DNA of 64,000 nucleotides from a virus: IMG/VR virus record IMGVR_UViG_3300008339_000021, positions 26,206 to 90,205 of that record; one strand, 5' to 3'. Shown piece by piece: positions 58,504 to 64,000 of this stretch (position 1 is its first letter; each line of letters starts with the position of its first letter). The notes under the pieces were generated by a model. It saw only the letters and a program-made list of their open reading frames with translations, ran no database searches and was not told where the DNA came from. The position numbers and the translations under genes were made by a program.

Positions 58504-58858
58504 CTTTTTGTTTTTTAAACTCTTGTTTTTTTAGTTCTAATTCATCTATTTTCTTTTCTAGATTTTCAAGACACTCTACTTTATCTTCAAGCATTTTTTT
58601 ATTATAGTATGCTTTAAAAGTAGAAGTGTCATGAGAATCTAAAGCTTTTTTATACCGTTGAATTGATTTCTTTACTAAACTTGGCCTAGCAACAAATTGG
58701 CCCAATCCTTCAACATTAATTCTAGGATAAGTAAGATTTGTTAAATTATTTCTAATACTCTTATAGTATGTTTGTATTAAATCTTCTATAAGTTCTACAG
58801 GTTCATTTATTTCTTCTGCAAACTCTTTATATAACTGACTAGATTTTTTTGGAATCAT
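58454..58858 (-). CDS. HU/IHF-like protein
   Basis: LYKEFAEE..PVELIEDLI..Y...RINVEGLGQF matches the HU helix-helix-I-x-x-x-G-x-F pattern. Confidence 0.6.
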   Translation of the reverse strand: MIPKKSSQLYKEFAEEINEPVELIEDLIQTYYKSIRNNLTNLTYPRINVEGLGQFVARPSLVKKSIQRYKKALDSHDTSTFKAYYNKKMLEDKVECLENLEKKIDELELKKQEFKKQKDENKSQRNLEEPETDN

Positions 58859-59214
58859 TTGCCAAGAAATTTATAATCTAACAATACACTGCCTTCTGTT
58901 TGAATTTTTAAATTAGGATTTATCATTACTATTTTTTTGTTTTTAGCATCTTTTGATATTAAGTTATTTTTTTCACATTTATTAATACAATTTCTTACTG
59001 TTTGCTCTGACTTGAATATGCTATATTCATCAGAAGCTTCAAAACAAAAACTAGACAATTCAATTGGTCCAACTGTACTAAGCAAAGTCAAGCACTCTAA
59101 GTCAGAATCACTCAATGTTATTCTATTTATATAACAATGAGTAAGTATCTGAAATTTAATAACATCTTTTTTAGACATTATTACTTTCTTTTGTACTTGA
59201 TTTACTATAGCCAT
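58855..59214 (-). CDS. Winged helix-turn-helix DNA-binding protein (RepL-like position)
   Basis: LSDSDLECL...SEQTVRNCINKCEKNNLISK...INP pattern. Confidence 0.5.
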   Translation of the reverse strand: MAIVNQVQKKVIMSKKDVIKFQILTHCYINRITLSDSDLECLTLLSTVGPIELSSFCFEASDEYSIFKSEQTVRNCINKCEKNNLISKDAKNKKIVMINPNLKIQTEGSVLLDYKFLGK

Positions 59215-59216
59215 TT

Positions 59217-59525
59217 TTAGTTCTTTTTAAGTTTTCTAGAAATGGCTTCTGCATTAGATACTTCTTGTGGTGTTGGGAATGGATATTCTTCCTTGTCATC
59301 TTCTTCACCTTCAGGGCCATTTTCCATTTGATTCATCATCATTGCATATTGCATTTGAAGACTTGTTCTTTTAAATCTTACTTCATCAATCTTCATTAAT
59401 AACTCTTCATGTTCATACTGAGCTTTTAAATAGGGCATTGAATCCTTATAAAATTTAAGCATTTCTTTTCTTTTTGCTTCTAATTCTTCTGGAGTAAATA
59501 CTCTTTCTTTTTCTGTGTTTTCCAT
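59217..59525 (-). CDS. Hypothetical coiled-coil protein (102 aa)
   Basis: ORF with promoter-like motif and A-rich leader. Confidence 0.7.
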   Translation of the reverse strand: MENTEKERVFTPEELEAKRKEMLKFYKDSMPYLKAQYEHEELLMKIDEVRFKRTSLQMQYAMMMNQMENGPEGEEDDKEEYPFPTPQEVSNAEAISRKLKKN

Positions 59526-59548
59526 TTTTTATATATTTTAAGTTTACA

Positions 59549-59560
59549 CAAATATACAAG
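59549..59560 (-). promoter_or_regulatory. Promoter element CTTGTATATTTG (contains Bacteroidota -7 consensus TAnnTTTG)
   Basis: After a terminator, 23 nt upstream of the first gene of the packaging operon. Confidence 0.6.
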
Positions 59561-59586
59561 AAAAGTTTAAACCAGAAATATTTAAA

Positions 59587-59617
59587 CAAAAAATCCAGGC
59601 ATAGAACATACCTGGAT
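59587..59617 (-). terminator. Rho-independent terminator after lysis cassette
   Basis: Minus strand ATCCAGGTAT-GTTCT-ATGCCTGGAT-TTTTTG. Confidence 0.85.
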
Positions 59618-59636
59618 CACTATATGTAGTATAGGT

Positions 59637-59795
59637 CTATCTATTCTTAATTGTAAGATTTAAAATTGTTATTGAATAAAAGTTTCTTGCAGGATCAAGT
59701 TCAATTGAAAAAAAATCTACCATAGAAATTCTACATCTTATAGTTAATGCTTTCCAACTAGGTTTATGATTTTTCCAATTATTTCTAAACTTCAT
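59637..59795 (-). CDS. Small basic protein, 52 aa (not in ORF track)
   Basis: TGATG overlap with the amidase stop; MKFRNNWKNHKPSWKALTIRCRISMVDFFSIELDPARNFYSITILNLTIKNR; ends just before the terminator. Confidence 0.7.
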   Translation of the reverse strand: MKFRNNWKNHKPSWKALTIRCRISMVDFFSIELDPARNFYSITILNLTIKNR

Positions 59796-60478
59796 CACAC
59801 TAAACTTTTAAGCATTGCAATTAACTTAGGTTGAGGAGAGACATCTGATTTATCTCTTCTATAAGAATTATGAGTATACAAACCTGGTTCTGCAGAAAGA
59901 GCATTCTTAGATACTTCCCACATGTCTTTCTCATTATACTTAATCGGAATTCCCCAGATTTTGTTCCAATATAATAGCAATTGTTTTACTGACTCAATTT
60001 GAGCATCTGTATAAGCATGGTAGTATTTATGACCTTTGTATGGTACAGAAAGTTCACATACTTGACTTCCTGGTACTTCTCTACCTACATAGTTATAATA
60101 CTTACCATTTCTATTTTCTAGTGGACCCCAGTTGCATATTTCAATACCAATTGCAAGTGGATCCAATGATCTATATGGTAAAGCATTTGCTCTAAATACA
60201 TCTGGCTTAATACCTAAATGGTAAGCCCAGTATTTAGAAGAGAATGCTTGACAGATTTCTCCATCAATTGTATCTTTAGATAAACCTTTACCAGATATAG
60301 TGATACAGGTAGCTATTCTACCTCTATCATCATTATCCCACATCTTAATTGTTCCAGGACCTGAAGAGTTTCCTGCTGTGTGGTGAAGTACAATCTGAAG
60401 TTTTTTAGTCTCTTCCTTGACATATTGTTTTTCAGAAAGTGGTACTTGTTTAATCTTATTTAAATCTAATACACTCAT
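59795..60478 (-). CDS. Endolysin, N-acetylmuramoyl-L-alanine amidase (Amidase_2 type)
   Basis: IVLHHTAG, AYHLG, IGIEICN, TDAQIES, YTH...DKSD zinc-amidase motifs. Confidence 0.85.
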   Translation of the reverse strand: MSVLDLNKIKQVPLSEKQYVKEETKKLQIVLHHTAGNSSGPGTIKMWDNDDRGRIATCITISGKGLSKDTIDGEICQAFSSKYWAYHLGIKPDVFRANALPYRSLDPLAIGIEICNWGPLENRNGKYYNYVGREVPGSQVCELSVPYKGHKYYHAYTDAQIESVKQLLLYWNKIWGIPIKYNEKDMWEVSKNALSAEPGLYTHNSYRRDKSDVSPQPKLIAMLKSLV

Positions 60479-60780
60479 TACTTCTTATTAAACTTATTTA
60501 CAAAAAATTTTGAAAGCCATTCTCCCGCTTTTTTAAGAAAATTGTTTTCTGCTTCTATTGTAACATTTGTACCTTCTTCTGTTTTTGTTACATTCACATC
60601 AAGTTTTTTACTGTCTAGTGTAAATTCTTTCTTTACTTCATCTGTGTGAACTTCAACATCTACTTTAGGAGTATCAACTACTACATCTACTTTCTTGCCT
60701 TCCTTCTTTACTTTAGCTTTGACTTTTTTGGTTTTTACTTCCACCTCAATGTCTTCTATTTTTTTTGCTTTTTTAGTCAT
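60478..60780 (-). CDS. Hypothetical K/V/D/E-rich repetitive protein in lysis cassette
   Basis: Stop-start overlap with the amidase; repeated D(T/S)xK(V/L)DV units. Confidence 0.65.
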   Translation of the reverse strand: MTKKAKKIEDIEVEVKTKKVKAKVKKEGKKVDVVVDTPKVDVEVHTDEVKKEFTLDSKKLDVNVTKTEEGTNVTIEAENNFLKKAGEWLSKFFVNKFNKK

Positions 60781-60790
60781 TATTTATAAT

Positions 60791-61027
60791 TTATGGATTT
60801 GTAATTTCTTTCTCTTTACTATCTTCTACTGTTAACTGAGATAATGTAGCTGCTACTGTACCAGCAGTTACTACATATGTTGCTGCAGTTACTATGGTAG
60901 CTGGTAATGCAATTGGTGCAGCAATAATAAGTCCTGCAACTGTACCTGCTATAATTGCAATTTTCTGAACTTTCTTCCAAAACTTAGGTGTTTTAGCTTT
61001 CCATCTTTGTCTCAGATTTTTCTCCAT
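60791..61027 (-). CDS. Small membrane protein, holin-like
   Basis: Basic N-terminus RWKAKTPKFWKK then two hydrophobic segments; located in the lysis cassette. Confidence 0.6.
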   Translation of the reverse strand: MEKNLRQRWKAKTPKFWKKVQKIAIIAGTVAGLIIAAPIALPATIVTAATYVVTAGTVAATLSQLTVEDSKEKEITNP

Positions 61028-61511
61028 TTTCTTTCTCTATTAATTTTTTTAATCCAAATCTAGACTTTAATACTCTTACTAAAGATTTAGGAAGTAAATT
61101 TATATCTCCTAGATTTTCCAACAAAGATACAAAATATACTGAATAAAATCCTCCTATTACAACTGCAGGCAAGTAGTAGTATATTCCATTACTCTTTGCC
61201 ATGTACCAGGATATATGTAAAATATAAGATGTAGCTACAAAATATAAAGGCATTCTCCATATTTTAAAACTTACAAATCTCTTGTTAATTATCCCTTTTG
61301 CAATTCCTGAAATCCAATCTGCAAACATTAATGACCACAGTGTAAATACAGCTGTTGGGTCATCCCATATGTAGTTTGTAATAAATGATGTAATTCCTGC
61401 AATAAATGCAGCACAACAGTTGACAGACCAATTTTTAGCACCAACAAGTGAGTAAAAAAAATCAAGTGGACTTGTGAATCCTATAAAACCTGAAGTTGCC
61501 TCTTCTTTCAT
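60993..61511 (-). CDS. Holin-like membrane protein
   Basis: Several TM segments; ADWISGIAKG and SLLENL resemble phage holin family 4 motifs (D..TG..KA; S..EN). Confidence 0.65.
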   Translation of the reverse strand: MKEEATSGFIGFTSPLDFFYSLVGAKNWSVNCCAAFIAGITSFITNYIWDDPTAVFTLWSLMFADWISGIAKGIINKRFVSFKIWRMPLYFVATSYILHISWYMAKSNGIYYYLPAVVIGGFYSVYFVSLLENLGDINLLPKSLVRVLKSRFGLKKLIEKENGEKSETKMES

Positions 61512-61529
61512 TTTCTAAATATATACTAA

Positions 61530-61540
61530 TAATATACAAA
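61530..61540 (-). promoter_or_regulatory. Conserved intergenic motif (TTTGTATATTA), candidate late promoter for lysis cassette
   Basis: Exact copy 18 nt upstream of the holin-like start. Confidence 0.6.
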
Positions 61541-61578
61541 AAATTTTTGATATTACGTATAAATACTTAGTTTATTAA

Positions 61579-62043
61579 CTAAGCTCCAAAAGTTTCTATC
61601 TTATAGTAGATTTTAATCCTTAATGAGCCATCACCTGTTGTAGGATTATCACCATTTGGAGTACCCATTACAAGATTAGCATTTAGTACATCTTTGTTAG
61701 TTTTAACTTGTACAGATCCTGAACCACTACCAACTGTTAATGTATTTCTAAGATTACCAGATATAACACAAACTGAATCTGTTGCACTTGTTAATAATGT
61801 TTTATCTACATAAGAATCAAAACATCCATCTAAATAAAATGTAGGGGAAGATGGAAATACATATGCTGTACCATTAAATTTATACTCTATTTGTATCCTA
61901 TCTATAACATAATACTGGGCTGCTCCCGGTGCTGGTAATAATTCAAATGGTGTTCCAAGTGTAAGAATTTCTACTGAACTTAACTCTATTAATTGTTCAA
62001 TAAACTCTGAACTTGTTCCAGATATTTGTACTAATGTACTCAT
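61579..62043 (-). CDS. Beta-rich putative structural/fibre protein (154 aa)
   Basis: LSS.EIL.L..P.ELLPAPG...TGDG.LRIKIYY, jelly-roll-like pattern recalled from phage fibre domains. Confidence 0.5.
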   Translation of the reverse strand: MSTLVQISGTSSEFIEQLIELSSVEILTLGTPFELLPAPGAAQYYVIDRIQIEYKFNGTAYVFPSSPTFYLDGCFDSYVDKTLLTSATDSVCVISGNLRNTLTVGSGSGSVQVKTNKDVLNANLVMGTPNGDNPTTGDGSLRIKIYYKIETFGA

Positions 62044-62112
62044 TGTTTTTAAGTTTATCTAATTATGTCTTTTCAATCTATTGATATGTACATTCCTAAT
62101 ATATCTTCTGAG

Positions 62113-62625
62113 TTACCTTACTCTATTTATGGTAGCAATTACAGAAGGAATTGCTGGTAATGGTGCAACTGTAGTATTTCTAAGTAATTCTATAGAAGAT
62201 GCACTAGCTTGCCACATGATTTGAACATTACTTCCTGCATTCATTTGTGTAAAAAAGTTCCAAGCTGCTACTAACAAATCACCATTATTTGCTAATGTAA
62301 GTGTTGTGTTACTATCCGGAACATCTACTCCATCTACTCTAAACCAAATATAAACCTGTGTTGCTCCTCCACCTGATGTTTTATGTAATTGAGCAGAAAA
62401 AGCAATGTTATAAACTCCTGTTTGAGTTACTGTAATTTCAGTAGGATCACCAAATAAATCATTTACTATAGACACACCATTAGTAGCTGCAGGATCTACA
62501 CTGTTTAATTTCATTGCTTTTGCAGTAGATATTCCAGTAGTTTGTGTAGTAGTATCATAGAAAGAACCACTAGCTAACTGATTTAATACAGCTTGAGCAT
62601 TATCAGTATGAATAGTAGTACTCAT
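62113..62625 (-). CDS. C1q/BclA-like trimeric beta-sandwich fibre protein (170 aa)
   Basis: GSFYD..Q, ITV..TGVYNIAFSAQL, VYIWFRVDG.DVPDS pattern. Confidence 0.6.
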   Translation of the reverse strand: MSTTIHTDNAQAVLNQLASGSFYDTTTQTTGISTAKAMKLNSVDPAATNGVSIVNDLFGDPTEITVTQTGVYNIAFSAQLHKTSGGGATQVYIWFRVDGVDVPDSNTTLTLANNGDLLVAAWNFFTQMNAGSNVQIMWQASASSIELLRNTTVAPLPAIPSVIATINRVR

Positions 62626-62629
62626 AAAA

Positions 62630-63325
62630 TTATATAATCCAAGTTACTACAAAGGTTGTTCCTGTTGCATCAAAGAATATAGCATCTAGTGTATTATTTA
62701 AAGTTCCACCATCATAATTAATAGTAACTCCTGCTGGTAATACTTCACCATCTACAAGTCCTGATGCAGATCCTACATTAGCAATAGAAAAACTAAATGC
62801 TCCAGCAGGTGTTGAACCAGTAGTATTTACTACCGTAGCAATTCTTGGAGTTCTTAATACAGGTGATAGATTAGTATTAATATTAGTTACTAAAGTATTG
62901 ATACTAGAAGTTAAACTTTCTATAGACACTAAATTAGATGTATATGATACAATCTGTGCTAAGTAACTATTAGGATTAACATATGTAATAGGAGCAACAG
63001 GAGTTCCTGGAGTATTTGATCCAGCTAAAAAATATACAGGTGGATCAAAGGTAGTTCCATTCCAAATTCTTACCTCTAACCATGTTGCACCAGTACTATC
63101 TACTACAAGAGCTGCTTCATAGTCAGTACCATTTTGAATGGCAGTCAATATTTGTACTAGCAATGGCTCAACTTGATCAGTATTATCATCTATATCTTGA
63201 AGAATATCATTTGCTAGTTTTAGTTGATCACATATACACTCCTGTCCTATCAACATTTTAAGTTGCCAGGGGAAGTTATTCCCCTGTAAACCACTATTTT
63301 TTAAATTACCAATACTATTTGACAT
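62630..63325 (-). CDS. Putative head/tail fibre-like structural protein (231 aa)
   Basis: Short coiled coils plus a beta-rich C-terminal domain (FSIANVG..VDGEVLPAG). Confidence 0.5.
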   Translation of the reverse strand: MSNSIGNLKNSGLQGNNFPWQLKMLIGQECICDQLKLANDILQDIDDNTDQVEPLLVQILTAIQNGTDYEAALVVDSTGATWLEVRIWNGTTFDPPVYFLAGSNTPGTPVAPITYVNPNSYLAQIVSYTSNLVSIESLTSSINTLVTNINTNLSPVLRTPRIATVVNTTGSTPAGAFSFSIANVGSASGLVDGEVLPAGVTINYDGGTLNNTLDAIFFDATGTTFVVTWII

Positions 63326-63340
63326 GATAAATTATTTTAA

Positions 63341-63673
63341 TTAAATACGAGTTTCAGCATCAGCTATAAGATCACCATCATTTCTTCTGCCTGTAGATCT
63401 AACTACTTGAACTGAATAATCTGTTTCAGGAGTTTCTGGATCATCAATAACTACAAAAGTTCCTACAGGAACACCTTTTAGATAAGCCATATCTACACTT
63501 GGATATACTCCAAGAGAAAGTAATCCTTGTAGTATTTTTGTAAGTGCTGCAGCTTTTTCATCACCTGTTGTAGAGTATTGTAATAATACATATACTTGAG
63601 GTACAATTGTATCTACAGTAATAGTATCTATTATTTCTATAGCAAGTTGTCTGTCTACATTAATATCTGCCAT
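63341..63673 (-). CDS. Hypothetical protein (110 aa), probable paralog of 63688-63951
   Basis: VYPSVDMAYLKGVPVGTFVV aligns with VYANNTAALAAGLKKGDWYV. Confidence 0.65.
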   Translation of the reverse strand: MADINVDRQLAIEIIDTITVDTIVPQVYVLLQYSTTGDEKAAALTKILQGLLSLGVYPSVDMAYLKGVPVGTFVVIDDPETPETDYSVQVVRSTGRRNDGDLIADAETRI

Positions 63674-63687
63674 GACTAATAGTTTAA

Positions 63688-63951
63688 TTATTGTACAATC
63701 TTAACTATTAAGTCACCTGCAGGTGCTGGTCCTGTTGAAGTAACATACCAATCTCCTTTTTTCAATCCTGCAGCTAAAGCAGCAGTATTATTGGCATATA
63801 CTCGTTGTGTAGCAAGTTTGTATCCCCAATCAAAGAAAAACTTATTTACCGACCTGTTTAGGTACTGGTACATCTGAGTAAGTTTTGATTTATACTCAGG
63901 CATCGTAGATCTAGCATTATCTACATTTTCAAATTCTGGTAAAGCTCCCAT
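63688..63951 (-). CDS. Small putative virion fibre/decoration protein (87 aa)
   Basis: YANNTAALAAGLKKGDWY motif recalled from Bacteroidota phage structural proteins; preceded by the conserved motif. Confidence 0.6.
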   Translation of the reverse strand: MGALPEFENVDNARSTMPEYKSKLTQMYQYLNRSVNKFFFDWGYKLATQRVYANNTAALAAGLKKGDWYVTSTGPAPAGDLIVKIVQ

Positions 63952-63974
63952 GATATAAAATTTTAATTACACTA

Positions 63975-63986
63975 TAATATACAAAA
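63975..63986 (-). promoter_or_regulatory. Conserved intergenic motif (TTTTGTATATTA), candidate late promoter
   Basis: Exact copy 23 nt upstream of the start codon at 63951. Confidence 0.6.
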
Positions 63987-64000
63987 AATATTTGAATAAA

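Noticed and set aside
1274-59134. Plus-strand ORFs and short nested minus-strand ORFs in the ORF track
   Set aside because: All overlap longer minus-strand genes and have shadow-frame composition (S/F/L/I-rich) with no recognisable motifs.
62044-62112. Possible tRNA, ncRNA or mini-ORF in the intergenic gap
   Set aside because: Only a 6-codon ORF, a weak promoter-motif variant and an A-rich leader; no cloverleaf or stable stem seen. No tRNA-sized structured gap was seen elsewhere.
1-64000. Stop-codon reassignment (TAG or TGA), as in some crAss-like phages
   Set aside because: Genes are full length under the standard code. TAG (1288, 37225, 45786, 51885) and TGA (11571, 35182, 58201, 59795) end genes at tight junctions.

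Overview
This window is the late (virion) region of a large, AT-rich tailed phage with crAss-like (Crassvirales-type) gene content and order. The host is most likely Bacteroidota: there are no Shine-Dalgarno sites, leaders are A-rich, and TAnnTTTG-like promoter elements occur. All ~49 real genes lie on the minus strand and use the standard code (TAG and TGA both act as stops). In transcription order (right to left): fibre-like genes; a lysis cassette (two holin-like genes, amidase); wHTH, HU/IHF-like, Zn-finger and PD-(D/E)xK genes; terminase, portal, scaffold-like protein and major capsid protein; nine small Lys/Arg-rich genes; ring protein, Dps/ferritin-like protein, auxiliary capsid/hub proteins and very Cys-rich structural proteins; a second HU/IHF-like gene, ring proteins and tail nozzle; then about 28 kb of giant putative ejected (cargo) proteins running off the left edge. 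The best candidate for an undescribed system is a head-to-tail linkage of the cargo proteins. A shared C-terminal motif on three consecutive proteins faces a shared N-terminal motif on each next protein, and lone cysteines face each other across the last junction. Related signals are a di-glycine motif shared by cargo and small basic proteins, a polyvalent cargo protein (three ART-like domains, zincin, nucleotidyltransferase), and a 3'-UTR hairpin whose loop is antisense to a leader motif of three structural-module genes. Family assignments come from motif recognition and synteny only; no database search was run.
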